From a virus: a stretch of 64,000 nt of DNA. Of the stretch, positions 18,106 to 30,509 are shown in pieces. Position 1 is the first letter of the stretch. Each line of letters starts with the position of its first letter. The notes beneath the pieces are model-generated. The model saw nothing but the letters and a program-made list of their open reading frames with translations. It searched no databases and was not told the origin of the DNA. Made by a program: the position numbers and the translations under genes. The stretch covers positions 65,716-129,715 of the IMG/VR virus record IMGVR_UViG_3300044712_000833; one strand, given 5' to 3'.

Positions 18106-18412
18106 TCCAAAATTTCATCTCCTCTTCGAATTCTTCTTTTGTTAGAGTTTCTTTCATTTCGGAAATTTCTTCTTCGGATAGTTCGTCTTTTGCAAACTTT
18201 ACCTCCCCGTCAACCAGAATTGGGTTTCCGCAAGCTTTCAAACACCAACCGATATATTGTTTTAAATCATCAAGTGTCTCACAGGTTAAATCAATTGGGT
18301 TTTCTGTGTAAGCATATATTTCTCCCTTTTCATTATAAAACACTTCATGAATTCCATACGACTCTTCCCCAGATGGATAAGTCTTTTTTACTACCCTATG
18401 ATTCCAAGTCAT
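18074..18412 (-). CDS. hypothetical phage protein
   Basis: 112-aa ORF, MTWNHRVV..YGIHEVFY. Confidence 0.7.
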   Translation of the reverse strand: MTWNHRVVKKTYPSGEESYGIHEVFYNEKGEIYAYTENPIDLTCETLDDLKQYIGWCLKACGNPILVDGEVKFAKDELSEEEISEMKETLTKEEFEEEMKFWNEEKNNKRDH

Positions 18413-20026
18413 TTATAATTTACTCCATTCTTTTCAATGCTGTATTTTACCGCTTCTTCAATGGTATCTTTCCAGTCATCTGAATCGATGTGAAAAATAT
18501 ATTTCTCCCCTGTCTTATTTTCAACCTGAACAGTTAATTCGAAAGACAAAGCCCACTTGCCATCGTCGTCAAAAAGTAATGCGGGGCAATAACCGCTATC
18601 CGCTAATTTATTTAATTCTTTGATTAGGTTCATTTATGTCTCCCATAAATTTGGTCTAAACACAAGTACAATAGATACCAAACTGACCAGCGAAGTCTCT
18701 GAAAATTTTTTACTGATCCGCCTTTCCAAATTTTCTTATCAGAATTCTTTTCAAATATTTTAAACTGATAATTTCCCAAACTTTTTGTACCAGTAATATC
18801 GTTCCAAATTTCCATAATCCATGTTTCTTTGGCTGGTGAAAACCCTAAAGGTAGAAGTTCTATTTTAATTCTAATCATGATTTATAAAAATTTTAATGGA
18901 TTTTCTTAAAACCTTATCATATTCTTTTTTACTTATTTCGTCCATTTGATTATATGAGAATGTAAACCTATCAGCATCGTTTAATTCGGTGTTTGGTTTA
19001 CTAATCAAAATTTCATCCTCCCATAACTTAAAATATTCTCCAATTAAAGTACCATGTTTATTTTGGTATCTTATTCTTAAATATAGAGTATAAGGATTTC
19101 CAGTATCAAAATAATATTTAAAATATTTTCCAACCCATTTTCCATTTATGTCAAATCTTTCAGACGCATAGATTTCATTAAGTTCTTCTCTCGCATCATC
19201 TATAATTTTTATCAATTCCTGCGTTCTATTCATTTATGTCTCCAATCATAAAATAATCATTTTATACACTATTGTAATCTATTTTTACACTTTTATAAAA
19301 AGCACTTCCTTGAGTGAAGTCTTTTTCATCAACCCTCATTTGAAATCTTCTAGGACATTTCGGGCAATAGCAATAGAGTGTATTTTTTCCGTCCACCCAA
19401 AAATAACCAAATTTACCAATCCAAAATTTTCTATGATTTTTACTGCAAACATCCGACTGTTTTATCTTATTTCCCACGAATATCCTTTCATAAAAGAACA
19501 ATTTTATTAATTAACTTTTTAAATTGTTTTTATTTAATAAATAATCAATCCTACTATTGACTAAAGCAAAACTCCCAAGTCCAAAAAGTAAAATTCCTAT
19601 CCTAAGCCATGTGTCAGCAGAGCCTCCTAAAAAATCACCCATGTTCCCGCTTTGAACAATTATAAACGCCCCAAAAGTAAAAAAAATAAATCCTAAAGAC
19701 ATAATCAGTATCCTTTATAAAATATACCTTTTATTTATTAATAGTCTCTATAATATTTAATAGAGTTCGCAATGGTCGGAAATAATAACTTGGCTATTTC
19801 GTAAGAAATAGGGTCTCCTCGCTCTGCAACTTCACTGTCGCCCCAATGACTCAAACCTCGATAAGCAAGCCAGCTATCTTCTTCATGTACAACAGCGATA
19901 ATTTTATACCCAAATCTATCTCCTACTTCAATCTCGTTTAGGGTAATGCTGTATGAATTTAAAGTATTTTCCTTATTGAAAATCCTTACCATTTTAAATC
20001 TCCTGATTTATAGAATAGATGTTTTA

Positions 20027-20887
20027 TTAATTTTCCGATAACATAATGTTCTTTACTGCCATATCATTCTTACCGATATATAACTCAGTGGTGGTATGAG
20101 ATTTATGACGAGCAATCGCTTGAGCCGCACGATCACCGTGTTCGTATGCTACATTGGTAATACGAGTAGCACGTAGACGATGTGCCGTGATTTTCTTTTC
20201 AATACCTGCACGTTCACAGGCATCTTTTACACGATTGTTTACAGTGTCTCCGGTCATTGACACAGACTGTTTTCCGCGAGTTCCGTAAAACAAATATTCG
20301 CTATCTGTGTTGCGTTCCTTCAAAACATATTCCTGAAGCATAGCGCAAAGACGGTCATTCAAATAAGTTTTCGCTTCGTCTCCTCCCTTGCCTGTAATAG
20401 TAATCTCACAACCACTAATATCGGACATTTTGATACCAGCGATTTCAGAGCGACGAAGAGCAGTCTTTAGAGCCATAGCCAACATAAACTTTTCTTGAAG
20501 ATTGCGACCTGCGTTGATAACTAATTCTTCCTCGTCTGGAGAAAGAATATCCTTAAACTTTCGCTTTACGTCTACAAATTTAGTCTTCCCGAATTTGACG
20601 AAGAAAAAGGGGCATTCGTTAGAAACATACTTCCCTTCTTTCAAATAAGCAAAGAACGCACTAAGGTTTCGAATAAGTCCGTTCAAACTAACATTGGAAA
20701 GACCAAGAGAGCCGTAGAAGTTATGATACTTATCCACAGAAATTTCTTCGATTTCAGATGTATCTTTAATTTCAAAATGATTGATGAACTTCTGAATATC
20801 CTTTGTGTAGGATCGAATAGTGTTTTCTGATTTATCACCGATTTTTAGTACCGCGATATAAGCACTCACGACATTTTGAATTTCCAT
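20027..20887 (-). CDS. tyrosine recombinase (XerC/D-like)
   Basis: N-terminal SENTIRSY domain; catalytic R (LRRSE), K (GKG), HRLR, H (RHKS), Y (TELY). Confidence 0.95.
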   Translation of the reverse strand: MEIQNVVSAYIAVLKIGDKSENTIRSYTKDIQKFINHFEIKDTSEIEEISVDKYHNFYGSLGLSNVSLNGLIRNLSAFFAYLKEGKYVSNECPFFFVKFGKTKFVDVKRKFKDILSPDEEELVINAGRNLQEKFMLAMALKTALRRSEIAGIKMSDISGCEITITGKGGDEAKTYLNDRLCAMLQEYVLKERNTDSEYLFYGTRGKQSVSMTGDTVNNRVKDACERAGIEKKITAHRLRATRITNVAYEHGDRAAQAIARHKSHTTTELYIGKNDMAVKNIMLSEN

Positions 20888-20915
20888 GACAATCTCCTTA
20901 TTTGATTATGCTTTA

Positions 20916-20944
20916 ATTATACAATATTATCGTGAGTTTGTCAA
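20916..20944 (-). promoter_or_regulatory. sigma70-type promoter of the recombinase
   Basis: Perfect TTGACA-17-TATAAT. Confidence 0.88.
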
Positions 20945-20953
20945 GGGTCAATT

Positions 20954-21871
20954 TTAGAGACTTTTCCTTACAATATCAAAATATAATTCTTTGATACCAT
21001 TAATGTTCGGCTTATGAGGAAGTGGACTTTCATTATACCACGTTTCAAATTCAGATTCCATGTTCTTAGCCATATCTAAGATTTCTTCATATTTATAAAA
21101 TCCGTCTTTTATGGCTTTGATCCATTCTGCATTAGGAAGAGGAAATGTAATATTACCAGTAAGTAGCAATTCTTTTCCTTCGGTCATTAAACGAAAAACA
21201 TGAGAAGCGAACTTAGTATCGTATCCAAATTTTTCTTCTGTTTCTCTACGTTTGGGATTACGATTCTTCAACCAAGACTGATAATTATCCCAATCCTTTT
21301 TTACGTCCCTATATTCTTTCTCCCTCTTAACGTTGTCTAAATATTCTTCTTTGAATAAGTCTTGAGGAAGAGAAAGAGTATTTTGAAGATGGGCTTCAGA
21401 GATCAAAGGAACAGCACCTAGTCCAAAATCCTCTCTCGTTGGTTTTCTTTTAGGTGGATTAATAAACCACCTCCGATGACGCTCAATCGCTTTAATTTGA
21501 GCAAAAGCGTAACCTGTAAAAGTGTATTTGATTTTCTTTGATAAAAATAAGTCCCTATTATTTAGAATATATTCCCACATTTTTGTTTTGTACAAAACAT
21601 GAGAGTCTGGAATAAACCACAATTCAATTATATTAGGATTTGCTTGCGAAGATAAATTAAAGAATTTTCCCAAATCATAAATAGCCATATCCTCCTCTTC
21701 TTCAAAAGAGTCTTTAACTTCAAAATTATGAAATGGATCGATTAATACCGACAACGGGGGAAGACAAACCCCACGTTTATCATAGTCTGAATCTTTATTG
21801 GCTGTTCCATATAACCTAGAACCAGTTGTTGCCTTAAACAGTAAATATTCTTCTGGATCAAATTGTTTCAT
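20954..21871 (-). CDS. Pol beta-superfamily nucleotidyltransferase
   Basis: GSRLYGT...SDYDKRG, NPNIIE, YDTK..SH..RL. Confidence 0.85.
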   Translation of the reverse strand: MKQFDPEEYLLFKATTGSRLYGTANKDSDYDKRGVCLPPLSVLIDPFHNFEVKDSFEEEEDMAIYDLGKFFNLSSQANPNIIELWFIPDSHVLYKTKMWEYILNNRDLFLSKKIKYTFTGYAFAQIKAIERHRRWFINPPKRKPTREDFGLGAVPLISEAHLQNTLSLPQDLFKEEYLDNVKREKEYRDVKKDWDNYQSWLKNRNPKRRETEEKFGYDTKFASHVFRLMTEGKELLLTGNITFPLPNAEWIKAIKDGFYKYEEILDMAKNMESEFETWYNESPLPHKPNINGIKELYFDIVRKSL

Positions 21872-21903
21872 TACATCTCCGATAAAATGATTGTTTTATT
21901 CAA

Positions 21904-22749
21904 CTAATCTACCCATTGAAGCCCAATGCCGTTAGAAATTACTACGTCGTATTCTTCCAAAGAAATCTCTTGTGGAATATTGTTGATAACAACCTCGTAT
22001 GCTTTTTGACGGTTCTCTTGAAACAAACTTGTAGTCTTTACATTACCGTTTGTCGGATTAATTTTAGGAATCAAATACGCAGTAAAAGAATTTCCCGTAA
22101 AGTTTCTTTCTGTATTCAAAATTGAAAAATCAAATGGTTTATTTTCCCAAGAATTGTCTTTTTTCTTTTCGATTTTGGGAAACACTTCAAATTCAATTTT
22201 TTTAACTATTTCTGAAAAGGGATGTTCAGGAAGACCATTAGAATAAAAAACAACATTTCTAAAAAATAAACATAATTCTACTTTGTTTAGAGTTGGGTCT
22301 ATTTCAAAAATCTTAGAGTTTAGAAACTCAAAAACAGGAACTTCATCTACGGTTGAAAAAGCGTTATGAGGAGCATGAGTACCTTTATATCCAGAACGAG
22401 AATCTACCCCCTGAGACGACGATCCTCCACTTTGAAATAAAGTAACTTTACAACCATCAGAGTATTCCGCTCTATAAATCCAGTCTTTTTGAGAATCCTC
22501 CATGCTTCTACCGCATTCGTGACAAGATGCAGAATACAACCCGTTTCCTCTAGGGTACGCAGGAGAATTTTTTCCACACCAGCCACATATTATATCGACT
22601 GCCCCCTGCTTTTCCATAACTTCATATCTACTATCGTACCAATAAGAACGTTTATATGTCAATAAAGGTTGAATTCCTGTTTTCTTAAATAGATTAGAAA
22701 AACATCCTTTTTCTCGATTATCAAAAAATATTGGTAAATTTGTTTTCAT
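21904..22749 (-). CDS. hypothetical Zn-ribbon protein
   Basis: CGWC and CHEC pairs; bounded by 18-bp motifs on both sides. Confidence 0.7.
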   Translation of the reverse strand: MKTNLPIFFDNREKGCFSNLFKKTGIQPLLTYKRSYWYDSRYEVMEKQGAVDIICGWCGKNSPAYPRGNGLYSASCHECGRSMEDSQKDWIYRAEYSDGCKVTLFQSGGSSSQGVDSRSGYKGTHAPHNAFSTVDEVPVFEFLNSKIFEIDPTLNKVELCLFFRNVVFYSNGLPEHPFSEIVKKIEFEVFPKIEKKKDNSWENKPFDFSILNTERNFTGNSFTAYLIPKINPTNGNVKTTSLFQENRQKAYEVVINNIPQEISLEEYDVVISNGIGLQWVD

Positions 22750-23839
22750 ATTTTATCCTTTTAATAAAATCGTCGTTTTATTGGCATTAATATTTTATTT
22801 TTGAACAAATCTTAAATCCGTCTTCTGGATTGTTCCAAATAATAACCAAGCATTCCCAAAACCCAAACCAAAAATTATCAGTATAATGCTTATGAGTCCT
22901 ATCAGGATCAATAAAACCATATCCGTAATCCGTTCGAATTAGAAATTGTCCTTTGTTGTTTTTTAATGAAAAATTCATCTGTAATCTCCGAAATTATTTT
23001 TTATGATACCATTGAATTTCTAATCATTGCTGAACAGGATTCGATAGTAGCGTCTCCACTGCCTTCCCATCTAATTGCCGACATTTCTTTCTTCCATTTT
23101 TCGTTATTTTTGGAGATTATTTCTCTTGAATATTCTTTAGTTTTTTCCTCGGCAACGGCAGGCGATAAGCCGTTTCTAATGTTTTGCAAAAAATCTCTTG
23201 TTACTTCTTGCTTTAAAAACCATTCGAAAGAAGCGTTTCCAACAGGAGTTGTTCCAAAAGGCGGAGTCAATTCTTTTTCTTTTTTTATGTAGAAAAAACA
23301 CTTCTGACCCAAATCAATCATGACTTGAAATACTTTTAATCTTTTTTCTTCGTCCAAAGATTTTATCCAATTTTCATTTTCATTCATTCTAAAGGCACTC
23401 CTCCGAGCCATTGAGTTAGGGTTGCAATATCATCTCTATCGTTTATAGTTGCTTTACACCAAAGAAAAGGAACATCTAACGGATTGCATGGGAAAATTTC
23501 TAAGGTTTCTTTTTTCTGAAGTGATTCCATATACCATAAATTCAACTGAATTAAAGATATTGGTTTTCCTATTTCTGGAGAAATATTCATTTTATTTTCC
23601 TAATTAACGAAGAGAGCATTATTTCGATACTTTTTGACTTTCCATCTTTGAGAAGATAAATCAAAAACCTCATTGTACCGCATAATTTGATACCCTTTTA
23701 CTTCGGAATCTTTCTCAAGCACGAATACTAAAAAATGAAGTTCTGGCATAGTTACACAAGCATATTGAAGCAATGAACCGCCATAATCAACAACTATTGT
23801 GAACATTTATTCTCCTTTTAACCCAATAAAATTGCTATT

Positions 23840-24361
23840 TTATTCTTTCTGTAATCCTTCATTGTAAATTTTCGTTTCAATTTTTTCTAGATTTGAACAC
23901 TTAATATGATAAACTTTCATCCATTGCTTCTTCGCTCTTTTAATCATATCTCTAGTTCCAGTGTTCCCTTTCTTTCTTTCAGCGTCAAAAGCAATACATA
24001 TTTCTCCAACGCAGTAATTAGCCATTTCCTGATTCCTCAAGTAGCCCGCTAAACTATTATAGCCACCATAAAAATCAGGTTTCCAAATACAAGTTGGAGT
24101 ATTTCCCCAATTTTCAGGCTTCTTTGGTTCTTCATTTGTCCATTCAGCAGGGAATAAAGTTAGTTTCAAATTATGACTCTTAGCCCACTGTTCACCTAGA
24201 TAATCTGCACCCTTCGGATTGTTACCAGAAACTACTTCAATATCTTTAGAAGATATTTCTTTGAAATACTGTTCTTTAGATACAATGTCGGTTAGAGTCT
24301 GGAAAATGAAATCCTTATTTTTTAATTCGATATTTCTTGATCCGCAAATAAGAATTTTCAT
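23840..24361 (-). CDS. YspA/SLOG family protein
   Basis: ILICGSRN, VSG..KGAD, AGYLRNQEM, GTRDMI. Confidence 0.85.
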   Translation of the reverse strand: MKILICGSRNIELKNKDFIFQTLTDIVSKEQYFKEISSKDIEVVSGNNPKGADYLGEQWAKSHNLKLTLFPAEWTNEEPKKPENWGNTPTCIWKPDFYGGYNSLAGYLRNQEMANYCVGEICIAFDAERKKGNTGTRDMIKRAKKQWMKVYHIKCSNLEKIETKIYNEGLQKE

Positions 24362-24636
24362 TCTATTCCTTTATATCATATGAAACAAGAATAGCTTTAC
24401 CACCCATCTTCTGAGGATAGTAATCTCGAAGAACAATCTTTTTTTCTAATGATTCCACCCATTCCCAAGCCATTTGGATACTGTGATTATAAGTATCTCC
24501 TACGAAATGAGCAATGTGTTTTCCAGATAAAAGCTTGATAGCGGATTTTTCTGGAAGATATTGATCTTTTTCTAATTCAACTTCAATAATTTTTCTATGA
24601 CGACCCATGTTTTCTCCTATTTATAAAACTGTGCTT

Positions 24637-25203
24637 TTATTCATGTTTTCTTGACTTACCAGCAAATTCGCCATAATATTTTTCACGCATCTTCTTTGCA
24701 AACTCTCCAGCATCATGTACGTCCTCGAACTTTTCAGGGAATAATTTATTCTTTCCATCCACTTGCAATTGAACTCTCCAATGTCCGTTTATCCAAGAAA
24801 CATTACGATACCCCGAAGTGTTGTTTTTATTTTCTCCGCTTCTATTCATTAGATTGAACTTATCTGTTGTTATTCTTAAATTTTCATCCGTATAGTCTAA
24901 TGTGTCGTTATTTATATGGTCAATTATATAATTATAGTCATAACATTCAGTAATAAATCTTCCCAATTGCAGAGGTTTTGACTTTTGTTTTCCGTTATCT
25001 GTTCCTAATTGAATTGTACATTTTGCATAATACTTATTATTACTCCAATTCCAAAACATATGCCAATGCTGATCTAAATTTAAAAGTCTCTTTAAATGTT
25101 TTTTAGAAACTTTGACTATAAATTTTTTAGTGCCTTTATAAATCGATATTTCTACTACATTTCCCCTTATTGTGTATTCATTAAATCCCTTCTTTTTACC
25201 CAT
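24637..25203 (-). CDS. HNH-AP2 homing-type endonuclease
   Basis: IDHINNDTLD...NLR, NTSGYRNV, YYGEFA. Confidence 0.88.
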   Translation of the reverse strand: MGKKKGFNEYTIRGNVVEISIYKGTKKFIVKVSKKHLKRLLNLDQHWHMFWNWSNNKYYAKCTIQLGTDNGKQKSKPLQLGRFITECYDYNYIIDHINNDTLDYTDENLRITTDKFNLMNRSGENKNNTSGYRNVSWINGHWRVQLQVDGKNKLFPEKFEDVHDAGEFAKKMREKYYGEFAGKSRKHE

Positions 25204-25406
25204 CTTTTCCTTTTATGAATAAACTTGTCATTTTATTAGCAGTCTCTACTACCATCTTCATAACCTTTTTCCCAAGCATCATGTAACTCTTTCTCATTTT
25301 CTTGGTTAAAGGGATTTGATGGAGGTAAATCGTCGTATCCTGCCGAAAAACCATCCCAATATGCGTTTGAAACCTCATTGGTCATTTTATCTCCTTATTT
25401 TTAATA

Positions 25407-25456
25407 AGTATATCATAAAACAAAAATCCTGTCAAGGTCTAATTTTGACAGGATTT
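25407..25456 (-). promoter_or_regulatory. sigma70 promoter overlapped by a terminator-like inverted repeat
   Basis: TTGACA-17-TATACT; AAATCCTGTCAA/TTGACAGGATTT hairpin covers the -35. Confidence 0.7.
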
Positions 25457-25743
25457 AATAACTACTTTTTAGATTTCTTAGAATTACTCAATTCATCTAA
25501 AGTTACAAATTTTGGATTATTTTTAATTGTCCCCTTTGAAGTGACTGTAAGAATGAAAATTTTACAATCTGAAATATCTGTTTCAACTTCATTGTAACTC
25601 ATTAGTTCTTGAAGAGTTCTAAAATAAGAAACTCCTCCATCAATCATGAAATCAACCAAATCAATTTCTGAGAACTCCAATTCCTCTGAACTATCGATTA
25701 CTGCATAAACTGTATTACTCATTTTTCGTCTCCTTTGTTTGTA

Positions 25744-25980
25744 TTATTCTTTAAAAGAAATTCGATTAGCCAAATATAACTCTTGGAAAAAAGAAGCGAT
25801 TATATGAGCGATAACTTGCGTTGATATTAGCTCCGCTTCCTCTCTACCGTCATTCAACATTTTCACCATAGAATTAGTATTTTTCAGAACAAGGACAAGT
25901 GAAGTTTTGTCATCTTCCGATATAATAACATCTAATTTTTCAATGGCTTTACTTACTACTTCTTCGTAATTTTGACTCAT
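25744..25980 (-). CDS. hypothetical protein, paralog of 26356-26592
   Basis: Shared NYEE, NTN, EL.STQ.IA.II and FKE. Confidence 0.75.
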   Translation of the reverse strand: MSQNYEEVVSKAIEKLDVIISEDDKTSLVLVLKNTNSMVKMLNDGREEAELISTQVIAHIIASFFQELYLANRISFKE

Positions 25981-26355
25981 TATACTCCTTTTAATAAAAT
26001 TAGTCTTTTATCAATTCAATTTCTTGGATTAAATTTTCCAACTGGTCATAATTATACTTACCCCATATAAATTCCCATATTATATATACTCAACGGGTTC
26101 GTCAATCCAACTAATATTTCTTCCAATTAACTTAGCAATACTTCCTTTTGGTACAACTACATAATTACAATTCTTTTCCTCGATTTCCTTATCACTGTAG
26201 TTAGAATAATGCCAATAATTCCAATGACCACTGACATATTTTCCATCCATCATCCACCCGTCCCACCTAAAAGGTTTTTCTTGAAAGATTTCTTCAGTTC
26301 CGTCCTCTCCAACACAAAGCCAACTCATATTTTAATCCTTTATAAAATCACAATT

Positions 26356-26592
26356 TTATTCTTTAAATTTAGCATCACCAGATAACGACAATTCCATTAG
26401 ATACCAATTTATAATGTATGCAATGAGTTGAGTCGATACAAGCTCCGATCCTTCATCCCAGTTATTTAATACCTTGACTATCCGATTTGTATTATTCAAA
26501 AATAAAACCATGTTTCTCTTTCCTTTTTCGGAAACATCTAGGTTCAAGTCATTGATTACTTTTTCTACCATTTCTTCGTAATTGGGTTTCAT
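26356..26592 (-). CDS. hypothetical protein, paralog of 25744-25980
   Basis: Same length (78 aa) and shared motifs. Confidence 0.75.
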   Translation of the reverse strand: MKPNYEEMVEKVINDLNLDVSEKGKRNMVLFLNNTNRIVKVLNNWDEGSELVSTQLIAYIINWYLMELSLSGDAKFKE

Positions 26593-27428
26593 TTATTCTT
26601 ATCTCCTACAAGTATGAACAAAAAGATTCCAATTGCTAAAAATATTGCGTCTATCCATAGCGCATTGTATCCCAAATGTGGACTCGTACTATTTCCAATT
26701 ATGAAACCGTCTATAATCAGATATGACAAAGGACATCCGATAAATGGCAATCCTAAGACTATTCTAGGGTCAAAATGCATTGTCCGCTCCAATCCACGTT
26801 CACATTCTTAACGACAGCCACATAACAAGGCTCTTCGTTTGTAGAAAAAAGACAAACGGGAGTCCCATCGGGTTCAAACATTTTAATAACGTCTCCATAA
26901 ACCAACATCTTGGGGTGAATCTCCACCCAAATGCCAGATAGACTAAATCGAATGAATCTTGTCTCGGACTCTTTCATACTACATGACTGATCCCATAACT
27001 TTCTTATTTTCATTCCATCTTGGTTTACAGCCCATATTTCAACCGAAGAATACTTTCTCTCTAAGGTTCTAATTCGGGGAATAACCTCTCCATATAAAGA
27101 CGCATTGCTAGGAAATGGAATTTGATATATTTCATTTCCGTTTTCAGTTTCAACCACTGGAACAATACTGATTGTATCTACTAACATTTTTCTCCTTCTA
27201 ATAAAAGATAAATTTTATTTACTTTTTAAAACAAAAGTATCAGCGAAAAACCAAAAAGCAATTGACATAAATAACAAAGGAATTACTGCAAAAATAATGA
27301 ACCATCCATAAGAAGATATTTTTTCAACAGCAAGCCCAATTCCTCCAATTGATGCGAAAACCATAAGAACAGAAACGCTTTTATATGTTAGAAATATAAG
27401 AATGTCAATTAATTTTTCTTTATTCATT

Positions 27429-27767
27429 TTATTTTTTCACTTTTTTCCATTCAAGAAAGTATTGATCTGAAACATAATCTCCAGATTTGAATTGTCCAGT
27501 GGATAAAACTATTTGAAGAACAATTGCCATATCTTTATGCAACTTCCAACAATATTTCTCTTGTTGAGAAGTTAATCTCAATTCGCCGCCCTCAATTTCA
27601 ACAAAGTCTAAATCTATCGCTTCAGCGATACTTCGGGGAATATCAGAGTCTCCATATGGTCTTTTAGAGTCTATATTGACTCTTTGAGTATCTTCGTTCC
27701 AATAAACTAAAATAGACTTTACTAGCTTAATATGATCCCTTGTTACTTCAAAATATTTTTTACTCAC
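27429..27767 (-). CDS. hypothetical phage protein
   Basis: 112-aa ORF, IDSKRPYGDSDI. Confidence 0.7.
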   Translation of the reverse strand: MSKKYFEVTRDHIKLVKSILVYWNEDTQRVNIDSKRPYGDSDIPRSIAEAIDLDFVEIEGGELRLTSQQEKYCWKLHKDMAIVLQIVLSTGQFKSGDYVSDQYFLEWKKVKK

Positions 27768-28722
27768 TTAGACTCCTCTTGATAACAAATGGATGATCCA
27801 CCAGCCACAGCCTGTAAAGCACAGGAAGTTGATTGACATCCTATAATAAAAACAGTTACGACTACAAGAATAATATATTTTAATCTTTTCATTCTAATTC
27901 TCTCAATCTATTAGATAGTTCGTATAGGTCAGATGTCATTTCTACCCTATATCCGTTTCTAAATATCATATAATTATTTATATCCCTCCCCCACATAAAT
28001 GAACAACATTGTTCGACCTCAAATTTCCCATCAAAAATAAAAACCTCTCCTGCTGGTTTCACTTCGGACAATGTGGAGTTAGCTATTTCAATATTTATAC
28101 GATTTACTCTTACAATCTTAATCATAAAACTTTCCCTTTATTAATCTATGTTGAAAACATAACCGCAATTAGAGCAGAGGTTAAAATACTCTTTTCTCAT
28201 TGGAGATAATCGATTAAACCCATAAACTTTTTCATCAGTATATTTTTGATCTTCAAAAACTGTATCATAATCTGTTTCAATGTGAAGTTCTTCGATGCTT
28301 TTACAATTTGGACAAACTTGTTTCCAATATTCATGCCAAGTAGTTATTTGCCTCGGAATTAAAAATTTCTTTGTGTTCATAAAATGTTCCTTTTATTTTC
28401 CATCTAGAACTGCGTTTGAAATCAGTTCTCTAATTTCTCCCCAAGGGACTCCGTTATAATTATCATCACCATGAGAAATCCAAGAATCGACAAGTTCCAT
28501 GTAATAAGGTAATCTTTCTTCTGGAGACATATCTTTCCAACAGTATTCACATAAGGGAAAACAGCCACTACCCATTCTGTAAGGTGTTGAATGGAAATTA
28601 TCTATAACAAAAGAGATATGACATCTTCCACAAGAAGCGGTATCTGGAAACATTATTTCAGAAATCTTTCCAATCTTAGTTCTGCTTTGCAACATAAGTT
28701 TTTTGTTCATAAAATCTGCCTT

Positions 28723-28986
28723 TTATTTAGGTTCAAAATTTGGTTCTTCAGGAAGACTCGTCCAGCACTTAGGATCATATACAACATCGTATCCTCCTTG
28801 TTCATCTTGCCAACTTCCAATCCTGCACCATCTCCAACCAATGTACCCATTGGGATAGTTCACAGAGTCTTCGTTCCAAGAAACATGAACCCACTCCCCT
28901 TTTCCATCTGCGCTAAGTTCTTCGCTCCATACAAGAATCGGAGTCCCATCTTTAGGGGCTATATCCATTGAGTTATATTTTGTCAT
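28723..28986 (-). CDS. DUF551-like phage protein
   Basis: IAPKDGTPILVW...PKCWTSLPEEP. Confidence 0.7.
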   Translation of the reverse strand: MTKYNSMDIAPKDGTPILVWSEELSADGKGEWVHVSWNEDSVNYPNGYIGWRWCRIGSWQDEQGGYDVVYDPKCWTSLPEEPNFEPK

Positions 28987-29999
28987 TATAAAATTTACCT
29001 CTTATTTACTCTTCATAATTTTATTTTGAAGTTCTAAAATTCTATCTTTAGATAAAGGAGGGGCATTGTCAATTTCAATTTCTGTTGCTACTCCATTGTG
29101 GTAAAAAACAACATCCCAATGAGTAATATTATATTTACGCCTTAATGTGTCTTGAATTTTTGAATATTCATTAACCAGAGAAATTATTTCTTTCCACTCG
29201 GCTTTGTGGAATTCAAAAATATGATTTCTCAAAGGTTTTGCTGAAGCGTTATCGTGAAACCTTCCTAAGTCACTTCCGCATATCGGACATATTACATTTC
29301 TTTTTGTCATCGAATAAAATCCTTCTTTTATTCGTTTGGAATTAATTTAACCAAGACAGGAGCATATGCACTGTGGTTAGTATCGTAAAACCAGTCGCAT
29401 GTCTTTTCTTCTGTAACATTAAATGTTTCAACAACTCTCCCTAATCTCCCGCCAATTTCCTTATTTACGATATTTTTAACCTGATAAACTTCAGGATAAG
29501 TATCTTCCATAAAGAAATCACCAATAGATAAATCGTAAAGATCAACGTACCCAGTTTGACCTACGAACAAGGCAGTAAAATTTTTCCAGTTCTTTCCCAT
29601 ATTTTACTCTTTTCCTATAATGTAATAAGAATCTAAATTAATTTCAGTTGATATTTTAGATAAAACAAAAACATCAGTTAGTCCGAAAGTCTCTTCTGAT
29701 CCAACAATAGAGAACAGACCATCACTATCATATCTACCTACGGTAACGTACTTTGAATCATTTATGCTAACCCAATAAAAACAATTTTTTTCTAAGTATT
29801 TAATGTTCATACTTAATTCCTTTCATTTGTAATCATATCCTCAATCATCCAATAAGTAGACCAATTACAGGGAACTTTCTCTAATAGAATATTATTAAAC
29901 CTAATCTCATAATTTCTTCGATTATCAACCATTCTAATATCAAAACCATTATAAATAAATGGTTCGCCGCTCAAAAGGATTTCGTTCATGTCGTCAATA

Positions 30000-30482
30000 C
30001 TATTTTGTCCACACATAAGGTAAAGTCACATTTCCTTTCTTGTCAATTTTTATGGGAGCAGCGGGTTCTTCACTCCAACCGAATCTGCCGTACCAATCCA
30101 TATCCTTGTAAAGCAAAGCAGAACGATAAGCAGATAAAACATCCTCGCGCCTGATCCAATCTGGTTCTTTGTAATCTTCGAACGATATTTGAGAAACAAT
30201 CGCTTCAGCTTCAACACCGTTCTTGTGAGTCCGCTTTCCACCACGACGACCGTCATCGAAACGGGCAATCCATTCGTCGTGTAAAGCACAAATATAAGAA
30301 AGCAAGCACTTATGATAACCCTCCCACATGAGATATGGATGAATGTTGCCTTGACGCTTCCCTTGACCAGTTATGTAACGATATACCTGAAAGGCTTCAG
30401 TGATTTGTTTGCCTAAACGCTTTGTGTCTAGGCATTTTGCGTTTTCGTGAAAATCTGTTGAAGTCAAAAATATGTTTGTCAT
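30000..30482 (-). CDS. pyrimidine-dimer DNA glycosylase (DenV-like)
   Basis: LDTKRLGKQITEA, HP..MWEGY, RSALLYKD; consensus promoter at 30492-30520. Confidence 0.85.
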   Translation of the reverse strand: MTNIFLTSTDFHENAKCLDTKRLGKQITEAFQVYRYITGQGKRQGNIHPYLMWEGYHKCLLSYICALHDEWIARFDDGRRGGKRTHKNGVEAEAIVSQISFEDYKEPDWIRREDVLSAYRSALLYKDMDWYGRFGWSEEPAAPIKIDKKGNVTLPYVWTK

Positions 30483-30509
30483 AGTGAAGTAATTATAAAC
30501 GAAAACCCC

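Noticed and set aside
20027-20887. Prophage boundary or integrated element at the recombinase
   Set aside because: Phage-like gene organisation continues on both sides, with no host genes or att duplication visible.
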